This document shows, piece after piece, positions 48,224 to 59,376 of a DNA stretch of 64,000 bases. Made by a program: the position numbers and the translations under genes. How positions within the stretch are numbered: the stretch's first letter is position 1; each line of letters opens with the position of its first letter. The notes under the pieces were generated by a model. It was not told the DNA's origin. It did no database searches and saw nothing but the letters and a program-made list of their open reading frames with translations. This DNA is from Alphaproteobacteria bacterium (GTDB taxonomy: Bacteria; Pseudomonadota; Alphaproteobacteria; MPNO01): the NCBI GenBank assembly GCA_965248835.1, contig CBDFLJ010000002.1, positions 1,984,001-2,048,000 of the forward strand, written 5' to 3'.

Positions 48224-49327
48224 ATGAGCACGCTGCACGAGGAAAGATCCGCGCGCCTGCAGGCGGCGCTCGCGGCGGCGGGGCTCGATGCCATCGTCGT
48301 CTACGGCAACGCCTGGCAGTGCGACTATCTGCGCTACGCCACCGACTTCCCGGTTCTCGAAGGAGATGCGCTGGCGATCGTGGCCGTCGACGGCCGGACT
48401 CGCATCTTCGTCGATAACCCGGCCGAGGCCGACCGTGCCGCCCTGTCCTGCCCGGACGCCCGCATCGACTGTTCCGAGGACCCGGTCGCCGCGGTCGTCC
48501 GGCGGCTGTCGGGCATGGGGAACCGGCGGATCGCGACGGCGCCGGCGAGCCTGATGCCCTACGGCATCGTCCGCTCCGAAGCGGCCCGGACCCATGAAGA
48601 CGGCACGGCACTGATGGACGGGCTGCTGCTGGTGAAATCGCCGGCCGAAGTCGAGACCGTCGCGCGCGCGGCGGCCCTGGCCGCGGACGGCTACCGCGTG
48701 TTCATGGACGCCGTGCGTGTCGGGCGCGCGGAGTACGAGGTGGTCGCCGAGGTCGAGGCTTACTATCGCGGCATAGGTTGCGCGGAGAACTTCATCATCA
48801 TGGGGTCCGGCGGGCGCGAGGTCCGCGGCATGCATCCGCCGGGCGAACGGCGGATGCAGGAGGGCGACCTTGTCACGACCGAGCTTACGCCCTGCGTCGA
48901 TGGCTACTACGCCCAGATCTGCCGCACGCTGGTCGTCGGCGAGCCGAGCGATGCCCAGCGCGAGGCGTTCGCGGTCTATGTCGAGGCGTTCGAGGCCGGG
49001 CTTGGGGCGCTGCGCGCCGGGGTGAGCGCCGCCACCGTAGCCAAGGCCGAGAACGACGTCTTCCGGCGCCACGGGCTCGGCGAATACACCACCAGCGAAT
49101 ATACCCGGGTCAGGGGCCATGGGGTCGGCCTGTTCGTCGACAACAAGCCCCATATCCTGGAAGACGTGGACACCGTGCTGGAGGCCGGCGCCACGTTGAT
49201 CGTCCACCCCAACACCTATCATCCCGCGGTCGGCTACATGGTGCTGGGCGATACCGCGGTGGTCACCGAGGACGGCCACCGCTGCTTCGGCACGCTGCCG
49301 CGGGCGTTGCTGTCGGTGCCGGCGTGA
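48224..49327 (+). CDS. M24-fold (creatinase/aminopeptidase P-like) hydrolase with altered metal site
   Basis: Creatinase-N domain, VKSPAE, TELTP..DGYYAQICRT, RGHGVG, VHPN, LGDT. Confidence 0.85.
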   Translation: MSTLHEERSARLQAALAAAGLDAIVVYGNAWQCDYLRYATDFPVLEGDALAIVAVDGRTRIFVDNPAEADRAALSCPDARIDCSEDPVAAVVRRLSGMGNRRIATAPASLMPYGIVRSEAARTHEDGTALMDGLLLVKSPAEVETVARAAALAADGYRVFMDAVRVGRAEYEVVAEVEAYYRGIGCAENFIIMGSGGREVRGMHPPGERRMQEGDLVTTELTPCVDGYYAQICRTLVVGEPSDAQREAFAVYVEAFEAGLGALRAGVSAATVAKAENDVFRRHGLGEYTTSEYTRVRGHGVGLFVDNKPHILEDVDTVLEAGATLIVHPNTYHPAVGYMVLGDTAVVTEDGHRCFGTLPRALLSVPA

Positions 49328-50349
49328 GGCGCGGCCTCCTCGCATGGTCGGAGGAAGAGGTCCCGCGCGCGGTCCTCGATGCCCGCCTGAGGCGCTGTCA
49401 GGCGGCGCTGGCGGACGCCGGAATGGACGCCCTGCTGCTCTATACCAACTTCCCGCGGCCGGCGGCGGTCTCCTTCCTGACGCACTTCGTGCCCTATTGG
49501 TCGCAGGGCGTGGCCGTCGTGCTGCCGGATCAGGCACCGGTGCTGTTCGTCAGCCTTTCCAAGCGGGTCGGGGGATGGATCGAGGAGACTTCTTGCGTCA
49601 GCCAGGTCATCTGCACGCCGCGGCTCGGCGCGGACATCGCGGGCTTCCTGGCAGGGCGGGCCGGCAAGCGGTCCAAGCTCGGCGTCCTGGAGCTGTCGCG
49701 CTTTCCGGGCGGGATCGCGGCCCCGCTGGGCGCGGCGGCGCTCGTCGACGCCGCAGAGCTGTTCCGGTCGGTCCGCCATCCGGCCGACGACGCCGAGATC
49801 GCCTTGTCCGGGACGGCCTGCGACATCGCCCGCCGCGGCTTCGAAGCCATCGGGACGCCCCGGTCCACCGGCCCGTTGGTGGCCGCGATCGAGGGGACCG
49901 CTCGGGCGATGGGCGCCGAGGAGGTCCAGGTGCTGGTCGCGCCGGACCTTGCCGAGGACACGCGCTTGATCCGCCCGGAGCGCGACCTCGCCCTCGGACG
50001 GCGGTTCGCCGTGCAAGTCTCCATCGCCTATAAGGGCCATTGGATCAGGCTTACCGGAACGGTGCCGCGCGGGGCGCCGGAGGAGGACGACGAAGGGGGG
50101 CTCGCCGGGGCCTTCACCCGGACTTGGCGCGCGGACGGGTTTGCAGCGGCCCTGCAGCAGGCGGTCCCCGGTGCCGCTGTCCGCTCCTGGCGGGCCGAAG
50201 CAAATCTCGGATCGTACCCGCTGACCGCCATCGCCGATGCGGACGCTATTCCGCCGGGCAGCGTCGTTTCGGTTACCGCGCTCTATGACGGCCCCGAAGG
50301 CCCCGTGCTGGCCGGTGGACCGGCCCTGGCGCCGGTCAAGCCCGGATAG
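49324..50349 (+). CDS. Second M24/creatinase-N-domain protein, degenerate catalytic domain
   Basis: RL..CQ..L...GMDALLLY...VSFLTHFVPYW; YKGHW remnant; GTGA overlap with the upstream gene. Confidence 0.75.
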   Translation: MRRGLLAWSEEEVPRAVLDARLRRCQAALADAGMDALLLYTNFPRPAAVSFLTHFVPYWSQGVAVVLPDQAPVLFVSLSKRVGGWIEETSCVSQVICTPRLGADIAGFLAGRAGKRSKLGVLELSRFPGGIAAPLGAAALVDAAELFRSVRHPADDAEIALSGTACDIARRGFEAIGTPRSTGPLVAAIEGTARAMGAEEVQVLVAPDLAEDTRLIRPERDLALGRRFAVQVSIAYKGHWIRLTGTVPRGAPEEDDEGGLAGAFTRTWRADGFAAALQQAVPGAAVRSWRAEANLGSYPLTAIADADAIPPGSVVSVTALYDGPEGPVLAGGPALAPVKPG

Positions 50350-50472
50350 GCCGCCGCCCCCCTCGCCCGTGAGATTTCGGCCGTCCCGGTTGCCAGCCAC
50401 GGATTGGAGGCACGCTCCGCCCATTGGCGCCTGGCTCGGCGCCGAGCCGGGGCCTCCAGGAAGAGCTTGAAA

Positions 50473-51443
50473 ATGAGGCACATTCGCCCGAGCGCCGGTA
50501 TCGCTGCGGTCTTGGCGGCCGTGCTCGCCGGGCCGGCATCGGCCGATGCGGTGGCGGACTTCTACAAGGGCAAGACCGTCAGGCTGGTCTCCGGCGGGAG
50601 CGCCGGCGGCGGGTTTTCCACCGTCGCCCGCGTCCTGGGCGCGACCTGGCAGAAGCACATTCCGGGAAATCCGACCATCATCGTCGATGCGATGGCCGGC
50701 GCCGGCGGGGCGAAGATGATGAGCTATATGGCCAACGCGCCGTTGCTGTGCCGGGTGAAATTCAACGCGGCCGACTTCCAGTGGCTCGGCTCGGTCACCC
50801 CGATGACGGAGGTCAGCACCGTCTGGCACATCGCGCCCGCCAGGACGATCGAGGAAGCCAAGACCGTGGAGGTCATCATGGCGACGTCGAGCAAGCTGTC
50901 GTCGGCCTATCTCATCCCGGCCTTCATGAACGCCGTCGCCGGCACCCGGTTCAAGATCGTGCCGGGCTATCGCGGCGCCGGACCGATGAACAAGGCGATG
51001 GAGACCGGTGAGGTCCACGGCCGGGGCAGCTTCTACAACAGCTACGTGACCACCAAGCGCGACTGGCTGGACAGCGGCAAGATCATCCAACTCGTCCAGG
51101 CGGACCCAGCCTTCCCGAGCTGAAGGGCGTGCCCAACATGCGCGACATCGTCACCACGGACGAGCAGCGCCGGATGGTCGATTTCATGGAGGCGTCGGCC
51201 TATGTCGGCCACGGCTTCTTCGCCCCCCGGGGTACGCCGGCCGATCGCGTCGCCGTGCTGCGCAGCGCGTTCTGGGCGGCGGTCCATGACCCGGCGTTCC
51301 GCGCCGAGGCCAAGAAACGCGGCATGGTCGTCAACCCGCTGCGCGCCGAGAAGATCCAGGCGGTCATCGAAAAGGCGATGGCCACGCCGGAGTCCATCCT
51401 GGCCAAGTTCCGCCAGATGGTGAAGATCAAGCCCAATAAATAG
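50473..51443 (+). pseudogene. TctC/Bug-family substrate-binding protein, frameshifted
   Basis: FYKGKTV, AGGG, HIPGNP, GAGG, GYRG..AMETGEV; 1-nt deletion at about 51101, other frame continues PELKGVPN...APRGTP..RV..LR.AF; an internal segment after YMANAP also appears missing. Confidence 0.82.
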
Positions 51444-51456
51444 GGGATTATACGCC

Positions 51457-52324
51457 TAGTGCATTCTCATATTGAGTGTTGATAACCAGTTGCATTGAAG
51501 TAGTTGGCGCATTCGCTTTGGGTGAAGGTATCAAGGATGGTGCCGATGCGCCGCCAGAGCGTGTCGATGGTGCGTGCCGGCTCGGCCCTGAGTGCGGTCT
51601 TGAGCTTTGAGAAGGCGAGGATCGGGTTCATGTCGGGCGAGTACCGGCGAAGAGCTGGGCCTGTTGTCCGGCGATGGTCTCGGCGATGCCGGCGACGGCA
51701 GGTTGTCCATCGAGGATCTCGGCCTGAAGGCGTCGCCGTCCATGGCGCCGTCAAGCACCCAGGGCGCGCTCAGCCCGCGCTGTCGCAGCGCGGCGACGAA
51801 GGTCATGGTCTTCCAGTGACCGAAGGGGGCCGCGGCGTGCAGACGACGGCCGAGTAGCGCCGGGCCACCCCGCTTTCATCAATGAACACCAGGCGTCGTG
51901 GGTCGATCCATGCGCCGCCCGCCAGGCCCGGCGCCGGGCGGCCATGTCGGGCCGAGTGCCCCTCGGCGGCGCGCAGGGTTTTTTTTGAACGACAGGCCGA
52001 GTCGACCGCCTGCCAGATCGCGCCGTCACTCAGCCGCACCGCGTGCTCGGCCGCCAGCCAGTCCTGCAACCGCGCCAGGGTGATGTCCTGCGATATGCGC
52101 CGATGCCACCGCCTGCGGCGACAGTTTGCGCCGGCGGTGGGGTTCGGGTCGCGCCGCTCTCGCCCGCGGCGCCGAGAAGATAGGCGCTCACATCGGCTCG
52201 GCGCCCAGACGGCCCACCATCCACCCTGAGAGCGATCGGCAGATCCTGCGAATAAGCCTGGCGTCGCCATGGTCCGACATATCGATGTCGTGAGAGGGCA
52301 TCATGGGTATCCCGCGACGCTCTA
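51457..52324 (-). mobile_element. Degenerate IS630-family element
   Basis: CTAG at both ends with short IRs TAGTGCAT / TAGAGCGT; fragments AYSQDL, KKTL, LVFIDES, TFVAALR, MDNL, YSPDMNPI, AFSKLK, ECANYF...GY spread over several frames. Confidence 0.88.
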
Positions 52325-52432
52325 GCCATCGCCCTTTGGTTCACGGTGCCATGCGCGGATGAGGCCGCGAAAGAACCAGTCACCGAGAACCAGGATCACC
52401 ACGATCCAGTGCCAGATGCTGAATGAGCCCAT
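52322..52432 (-). pseudogene. 36-aa ORF with TatA-like N-terminus, probable gene remnant
   Basis: MGSFSIWHWIVVILVLG then diverges (no LFG..KLP); TAG stop coincides with the IS630 target. Confidence 0.4.
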
Positions 52433-52558
52433 GTCAGTTAGCCCTGCTTTGCCTTCTGCCGCGATATGCGGCGCTTCGGATTGGGTGGCTTCAGCGCGGA
52501 GAAGATGGCGCGGTGCGCAGCGGCCCAGCCGGGTTCGGGCCGCCTGGACCGGTCGGGC

Positions 52559-52962
52559 TCAGTCCGCGACGATGGCGGTCAGGTCGATCTCGATCAGGAA
52601 CTCGGGGTTGGACACCGCGTCACGCCCACCATCGTCGATGGCGGCGGCCGTTCGGGGTCGCCGTATATCGGGGTCGCGGGATCGCTGGCAACCTTCAGGT
52701 ATTCATCGACGTCCAGGACGAAAATCCGCCGGTAGACCACATCGTCCCACGACGCCCCGGCCGCCTCGAGCTGGACCTGGAGGTTGTCCATAACCTGGAT
52801 GTACTGCGCCCGGTAGTCGCCCGGCGCGACGCATCGGTAGTTCTCGTCCGACGGCGTCTGCCCGGCGATGAAAACGATCTTCATCGGGCCCTTGACCGTC
52901 ACGATCCGGGTGAACGCGGGATGCTTGTAGATGCCGTACGGGTTGATGTGCTGCTTTTCCAT
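52559..52962 (-). pseudogene. RidA/YjgF-family protein with C-terminal frameshift
   Basis: FIAGQ, AQ..QVMDNL...LEAAG, PPSTMVGVTR; 1-nt deletion at about 52616; other frame gives SNPEFLIEIDLTAIVAD*. Confidence 0.82.
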
Positions 52963-53011
52963 CGCATGACGCTCCCTTTGCCGAAGCCGGAACGGCGAGG
53001 CTATCGGGGTT

Positions 53012-54013
53012 CTACCGCCCCGACCAGCCTTGTATCGCCGCGCCGAACAGCTCGACCGTCCGGGCGGGGTCCGAGGCGACGCTTACGGTGAACATCACAC
53101 GCTCCAGCCCGGCCGCGCGCGCGGCCTCGAGCTGATCGAGGCAGTCCGTGGGCGTCCCCCAGACCGCGAAGCGCCGGGCGAGATAGTCGAACAGCCCGAG
53201 TTCGTCGAGCAAACGGGCGTCCGCATCGCCGGGGCTGGTGCTGTAGCGCCGGCGAAGCGCGCGCAAGGGTTCATGCAGCGGCTCGGGCAGGCCGCGGCCG
53301 GCAAGGTCCGGCGTATCGAAGATGTAGCCGCCGGCCATGAAGGCGAGGATCGCGCCGGCCTTGGCGCGCGAGGCGGCTGCGTCCTGGCTGCAATCCAGGC
53401 TCGCGATCTGCCAGACCTCGACATCCTCCGGCTGGCGCCCGGCCTGCAGCGCGCCCTCGCCTACCAGCGCGGTCGAGGCGGCGTGCGCTTCGGCCGAGAT
53501 GCCGTAATTGACGAATGCCCCGTCGGCGGCCGCGCCGGCCAGCCGCAGGGTGCGCGGCCCGGAGCCGGCAAGGAAGACCTTGGGCGCCGCCTTGATCCAG
53601 GGGATGCGCGCCGTCGCGCCATCCAGCATCGCCTCGCCCGAGGCCAGCAGCGTCTTCAGATAACGCACGCCTTCACCGAGCTCGGCCACGGATGCGTTTC
53701 CCATGCCGAGGTTGCGCGTCCCGCTGTGGCCGGCCCCGATCCCCAGCACCGTGCGCCCTTCGGCCAGCAGATCGACCGAGGCGATCGAGGCGGCGCTGAC
53801 CGCCGGGTGGCGCGAGACCAGGTTGGTGACGCACAGCGCAACGCGCGCCCGGCGCGTCGCCCCGGCCACCATGGTGGTTGCCACCCACGGATCCATCGCG
53901 TTTCCCGGCGTGTCCGCGATGCCGATCATGTCAAAGCCGTAGCGGTCCGCTGCTTCGGCCATCCGCCGGACCAGAGCGGGATCATAAGGCCAGAAAAAGA
54001 AGCCGATCTGCAT
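53012..54013 (-). CDS. LLM-class flavin/F420-dependent oxidoreductase
   Basis: GFDMIGIAD, DPW, VTNLVSRHPAV, GRTVLGIGAG, AGSGPRTL.LAG..ADG. Confidence 0.9.
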   Translation of the reverse strand: MQIGFFFWPYDPALVRRMAEAADRYGFDMIGIADTPGNAMDPWVATTMVAGATRRARVALCVTNLVSRHPAVSAASIASVDLLAEGRTVLGIGAGHSGTRNLGMGNASVAELGEGVRYLKTLLASGEAMLDGATARIPWIKAAPKVFLAGSGPRTLRLAGAAADGAFVNYGISAEAHAASTALVGEGALQAGRQPEDVEVWQIASLDCSQDAAASRAKAGAILAFMAGGYIFDTPDLAGRGLPEPLHEPLRALRRRYSTSPGDADARLLDELGLFDYLARRFAVWGTPTDCLDQLEAARAAGLERVMFTVSVASDPARTVELFGAAIQGWSGR

Positions 54014-54056
54014 GGGCGCGCTCCCGGACCGGGTGTCCATCGATTGCGGTTGGCCA

Positions 54057-54072
54057 TTCACAACGAAGTGAA
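54057..54072. promoter_or_regulatory. Inverted repeat in a divergent promoter region
   Basis: TTCAC-N6-GTGAA between the LLM gene and the ABC operon. Confidence 0.4.
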
Positions 54073-54125
54073 AGCTGACGTATGATGATGCCAATTCGGT
54101 CAGAACACCAACGGGAGGAAGCGGG

Positions 54126-55400
54126 ATGAGTTCGTTCAACAAGCGTTCCCTGCTGCGCGGCGCTGCGGCTTTTGCGGCGGTGGCGGCACTTGGATTCGGA
54201 AACCCGTTCGACGGCGCGGCGCGGGCGGCGGAGCCGATCAAGGTCGGGTTCAGCATGGCGCTGACCGGCGGCCTGGCCGCCGGCGGCAAGTCGGCGCTGA
54301 TCGCCATGCAGATCTGGGAAAAGGACGTCAACGCCAAGGGCGGCCTGCTGGGCCGCAAGGTCGAGTTGGTGTTCTACGACGACCAGACCAACTCGGCGAT
54401 GGTGCCCGGCATCTACACCAAACTGCTGGATATCGACAAGGTCGATCTGATCGTGTCCGGCTACGGCACCAATCTGATCGCACCGGCGATGCCGATCGTC
54501 ATGCAGCGCGGGCTTGTCTTCCCGGCGCTGTTCGGGCTCGCGGTCAACGAGAAGTTCGACCACCCGAACTATTTCCAGATCATGCCGGCCGGCCCCAGCC
54601 CGCTGACCGACTGGTCGCGCGGCTTCTTCGAGTTGGCGATGGAACAATCGCCCCCGCCCAAGACGATCGCCCTGGTCGGCGCGGATGCCGAGTTCGCGCG
54701 CAATGCGGTCAAGGGCGCACGCGACAACGCCAAGAAGTTCGGGCTGAAGATCGTCTATGACGGCAGCTATCCGCCGCGCACGGCCGACTATTCACCGATC
54801 GTGCGGGCGATCCAGGCGCGTAATCCCGACATCGTCTATGTCGGGTCCTACCCGCCCGATTCCGTCGGCATAGTCAAAGCGGCGACCGAAGTCGGGCTGA
54901 AAGCGAAGCTGTTCGGCGGCGGAATGGTGGGCCTGCAGTTCGCTGCCATCATGAAGGCGCTCGGGCCCAAGCTGAACGGCATCGTCAACTACGACTTCTG
55001 GGTGCCGGCTCCCACACTCAAGTTCAAGGGTGTCGAGGCGTTCCTGAAAAAGTACCAGGCGGACGTGAAGGGCAAGGGCGTCGATCCGCTGGGCTACTAT
55101 CTGCCGACCTATGCCTATGCCTATCTGCAACTCCTGGAACAGGCCGTCGGCGCAACCAAGAGCCTCGATCACGCCAAGCTCGGCGCCTACATGCGCGATG
55201 CGACCTTCGATACAGTGGTCGGCAAGGTCAAGTTCGCCAAGAACGGCGAGTGGGCGAGCAGCCGGACCCTGATGGTCCAGTACCAGGACATCCGGGACAA
55301 CAATCTGGAGACCTTCACCAAGCCCGGCACGCGCGTGGTGCTCTATCCGAAGGAGTGGCAGTCGGGCAAGCTGCGCTACCCCTACACCGAAGCTCGGTAG
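54126..55400 (+). CDS. LIV-type ABC transporter substrate-binding protein (2)
   Basis: Tat-like KRSLL signal, IKVGFSMALTG, NAKGGLLGR, YDDQ, TVVGKVKF; GGAGG RBS. Confidence 0.92.
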   Translation: MSSFNKRSLLRGAAAFAAVAALGFGNPFDGAARAAEPIKVGFSMALTGGLAAGGKSALIAMQIWEKDVNAKGGLLGRKVELVFYDDQTNSAMVPGIYTKLLDIDKVDLIVSGYGTNLIAPAMPIVMQRGLVFPALFGLAVNEKFDHPNYFQIMPAGPSPLTDWSRGFFELAMEQSPPPKTIALVGADAEFARNAVKGARDNAKKFGLKIVYDGSYPPRTADYSPIVRAIQARNPDIVYVGSYPPDSVGIVKAATEVGLKAKLFGGGMVGLQFAAIMKALGPKLNGIVNYDFWVPAPTLKFKGVEAFLKKYQADVKGKGVDPLGYYLPTYAYAYLQLLEQAVGATKSLDHAKLGAYMRDATFDTVVGKVKFAKNGEWASSRTLMVQYQDIRDNNLETFTKPGTRVVLYPKEWQSGKLRYPYTEAR

Positions 55401-55450
55401 GGTCACGAACCGCACCGCGGCGAGGCGATTGAGAGCAAGGCTTCGAAGAC

Positions 55451-56323
55451 GTGTTCACCTTCGAACTGTTTTTCAACGCCATCGCCGCGGGCGTCATGCT
55501 GGGCGGCTTTTATGCCGCGGTGAGCCTCGGGCTGACGATCACCTTCGGCCAGCTCGACATCGTCAACATCGCCCATCCGGCGTTCGTGATCCTGGGCTCC
55601 TACATCGCCTATATGGGCAACGAGTGGTGGGGGGCGGACCCGATCCTGATGGGCGTGGCCTTCGCGCCGATCTTCTACGCCGTCGGGGTGACGGTCTACC
55701 GGATCTATTACGAGGCGTTTGAGAAACGAGGCGAGGAGACGCTGCGCGGCCTCGCCTTTTTCTTCGGCGTGATGTTCATCATCGAGGTCGCGTTGATCCT
55801 CGTCTACGGCGTGGACTTCCGCTCGGTCCAGGCGCCCTATATCGGCGGCAACTGGCAGATCGGGATCATCGGCATCCCGACGCGCATGTTCGTGCCCTTC
55901 GTGGTCTCGGTGATCATGTTCGTCGGGGTCTACCGCTATCTTTCCAGGACCTTCACCGGGCGGGCAATTCTCGCCGTCGCCCAGGACCGGCTCGCGCTCG
56001 AACTGATGGCGGCCGACCCGGTGCGCATCAAGCAGATCGGCTTCGGCATCGGCATCGGCACCGCCGCGGTCGCCGGCGCGCTGCTGATCATCATCATCCC
56101 GATCGAGCCCTCGATCGGGCGGCTCTATATCGGCCAGGTGTTCGCGATCGTGGTGCTGGCCGGGCTCGGCTCGGTGACCGGGACGATGGTCGCGGCCATG
56201 ATCCTGGGGATCGCCGAAAGCATGGTCTCGACCTTCTACGGACCGTCATGGGCGCCGGCGGTCGCTTTCGGAATCCTGCTGCTGGCGCTGGCCTTCCGGC
56301 CCCAGGGCCTGTTCGGCCGCTGA
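55451..56323 (+). CDS. LIV-type ABC permease (LivH-like)
   Basis: GLTITFGQLDIVNIAH, GRAILAVAQD, LAGLGS. Confidence 0.92.
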   Translation: MFTFELFFNAIAAGVMLGGFYAAVSLGLTITFGQLDIVNIAHPAFVILGSYIAYMGNEWWGADPILMGVAFAPIFYAVGVTVYRIYYEAFEKRGEETLRGLAFFFGVMFIIEVALILVYGVDFRSVQAPYIGGNWQIGIIGIPTRMFVPFVVSVIMFVGVYRYLSRTFTGRAILAVAQDRLALELMAADPVRIKQIGFGIGIGTAAVAGALLIIIIPIEPSIGRLYIGQVFAIVVLAGLGSVTGTMVAAMILGIAESMVSTFYGPSWAPAVAFGILLLALAFRPQGLFGR

Positions 56324-56325
56324 GC

Positions 56326-57279
56326 ATGGGCAAGGGGGCGAAATTCTGGTACGGCGCAGGCGCGATCGTCCTGATCGGGATCGTGCTGACGCTGACCGAC
56401 ATCGTCGCCAACTCGTTCTGGTTCTTCGCCGCCTACGTGGTCCTGCAATATGTCGTGCTGGCGACCGCCTGGAACATCATGGGCGGCTATATGGGCTATG
56501 TGAACTTCGGCAGCGCCGGGTTCTTCGCCATCGGCGCCTATTCCTCGGTGGTGCTCTACAAGCTGATGAAGGCGCCGCTTTTGATGATGATCCCGGTTTC
56601 GGGCATCGTCTGCGCGCTGATCGGGCTGGCGATGGGCTATCTGACCTTGCGGCTGCGCGGGGTGTTCTTCGCCATCGCGACGCTCGCGCTGGCGATCGTG
56701 CTCGAGACGCTGATGATCAACTGGGACTATGTCGGCGGCGCATCGGGCGCCTACATCCTGCGGCCGCGCACGATCGCGCCGTTCGGCGACTACGTGCGCT
56801 ATCTGTTCTTCGTCATGCTGGTGATGGCCGTCGTCGCGGTCGCGGTCGCGCGCTGGATCGAGAACTCGAAGTTCGGCCGCGGCCTGCACGCGATCCGCGA
56901 TGACGAATTGGCCGCGGAGTGCGCCGGGATTCCGACACTCAAGCTCAAGCTGGTGGCGACCACCGTGTCGGGCTTTCTGATGGGCGTGGCCGGTTCGCCG
57001 TTCGCGCTCTATGTCGGCTATGTCGAGCCGGCCTCGGCCTTCAATCTCGCCTACGCGATCAATGCGATCGCCATGCCGATGATCGGCGGCACGACGATGT
57101 GGGCGGGCCCCCTGGTCGGCGCACTGCTCCTGGGAACCGCCCAGCAGATCGCCAACGTGACGATCTCTTCGGAGCTCAACCTGCTGATCGTGGGCGTCGT
57201 CCTGGTGCTGTTCGTGACTCTGGCTCCGGAGGGGGTGGTCGGCCTGTTTCGCAAATATAGCGGGCGGGACAAGCGATGA
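56326..57279 (+). CDS. LIV-type ABC permease (LivM-like)
   Basis: WNIMGGYMGYVNFG, LRLRGVFFAIATL, AIRDDELAA. Confidence 0.92.
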   Translation: MGKGAKFWYGAGAIVLIGIVLTLTDIVANSFWFFAAYVVLQYVVLATAWNIMGGYMGYVNFGSAGFFAIGAYSSVVLYKLMKAPLLMMIPVSGIVCALIGLAMGYLTLRLRGVFFAIATLALAIVLETLMINWDYVGGASGAYILRPRTIAPFGDYVRYLFFVMLVMAVVAVAVARWIENSKFGRGLHAIRDDELAAECAGIPTLKLKLVATTVSGFLMGVAGSPFALYVGYVEPASAFNLAYAINAIAMPMIGGTTMWAGPLVGALLLGTAQQIANVTISSELNLLIVGVVLVLFVTLAPEGVVGLFRKYSGRDKR

Positions 57280-57990
57280 CCGACGGCGCGCCGATCCTTG
57301 CGGTCGACTCGCTGACCATGCGGTTCGGCGGGTTCACCGCGCTCGACAACATCTCGGTGGCGATCGCGCCCGGCGAGCGGTTCGGGCTGATCGGTCCCAA
57401 CGGATCGGGCAAGACAACGCTGATCAACTGCGTCACGGGCGCCTTGCTCAACTATGCCGGCAGCATCGAATTCGACGGCAGGGACGTCACCCGGCTCAAG
57501 GCGCACGAGCGCACGCGGCTGGGGGTCGCGCGAAGCTTCCAGATCCCGCGGCCGTTCCGCTCGATGTCGGTCTACGAGAACCTCGCAATCACCATCGAAT
57601 ACGCGACCCGCACCCCGCGCCATGCGATCGACGAGAACGTGCGCTCGATCCTGGACTCGATGGGGCTCGCGGCCAGGGCGGATACGCTGTCGGCCGGGCT
57701 CACCCAGATCGAGATGCGCAAGCTCGAGCTTGCGCGCGCATTGGCCGCCCGGCCGCGGCTGCTGATCTCCGACGAGGCGATGGCCGGGCTGTCCTCGGCG
57801 GAGGTCGACGAGCTCCTCGAGATCCTGTTCCGCCTCAACGAGGGCGGCGTGACCATCATCATGATCGAGCACATCATGCGCGCGGTGATGCGGTTCTCCC
57901 AGCGCATCGTGGTCCTCGACGCCGGCCGCAAGATCGCCGAGGGCGGCCCCGACGAGATCATCTCCAACCCGGACGTCGAAAGGGCATATC

Positions 57991-58001
<11 letters not shown>
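57276..58001 (+). CDS. LIV-type ABC ATPase (LivG-like)
   Basis: GPNGSGKTT, RSFQ, DEAMAGL, IEH. Confidence 0.93.
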
Positions 58002-58728
<727 letters not shown>

Positions 58729-58875
58729 GCTTTTTCAATCCACTGACGCGGAATTCTCAGAAAAAAGACGAATTCCATACACTGGCAAGAAGCTGCGTGC
58801 GGCGGGAACCCGCCGACCGGACGGCCGGCATCGCTTGCCGCGCTCGACCGGACGTCCGGATTGATCCATCCAAGG

Positions 58876-59349
58876 ATGCTCGATCATGCCGCGGTCCAGC
58901 CGCACACCGCGGGCCGCCAGGCGCGCGATTGCGAGAGCTGCCACAACAATCCCAAGACCCTGGGCTACGGCATCGAGGACGGCCGCTTTCTCAAAAGCTA
59001 CGAAAAGGACCTGGTGGTCGAGCTGCAGACCCATCTCGGGACGGCCATTCCCCGCAAGCACAAGGTCCAGTCGCCGGCGATCCCGAAGCTCGACCACGAC
59101 CTTTCGCAGATCCTCACCCGCGACGGCCGCCAGCTGGTCAGCGTCGGCTCGCATTGGCCGCTGACAGGCCCCCTACCGCAGGCGATGCGGGAAAAGATGG
59201 AGCGCACGGGCCTGTGCATGGGCTGCCACCAGAACATGCTCGACGAGGCCCTTTGGGCAAAGGTCAACACGCCGGCATTTCTGGACAACGACCAGCATCG
59301 CGCGGTGATGGACGAAGCGGTCCGCGCGATGTCGCAGCAGCGACCATAG
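58876..59349 (+). pseudogene. C-terminal fragment of a multiheme c-type cytochrome
   Basis: Two CxxCH motifs (CESCH, CMGCH) and QPHT; no signal peptide or clear RBS, so probably 5'-truncated. Confidence 0.65.
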
Positions 59350-59376
59350 CGGTTGCAGCGGCGCCCGGAGGTGGAC

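Noticed and set aside
44993-49537. 1514-aa ORF suggesting a giant fusion protein
   Set aside because: Only 44993-47263 has XDH motifs; the upstream part is the antisense shadow of the VIT1 and M24 genes in high-GC DNA
52594-52625. Programmed frameshifting in the RidA, TctC or HigB genes
   Set aside because: No slippery heptamer at the shift sites; simple single-base deletions explain them
58861-58874. FNR box upstream of the cytochrome fragment
   Set aside because: TTGATCCATCCAAG does not fit TTGAT-N4-ATCAA
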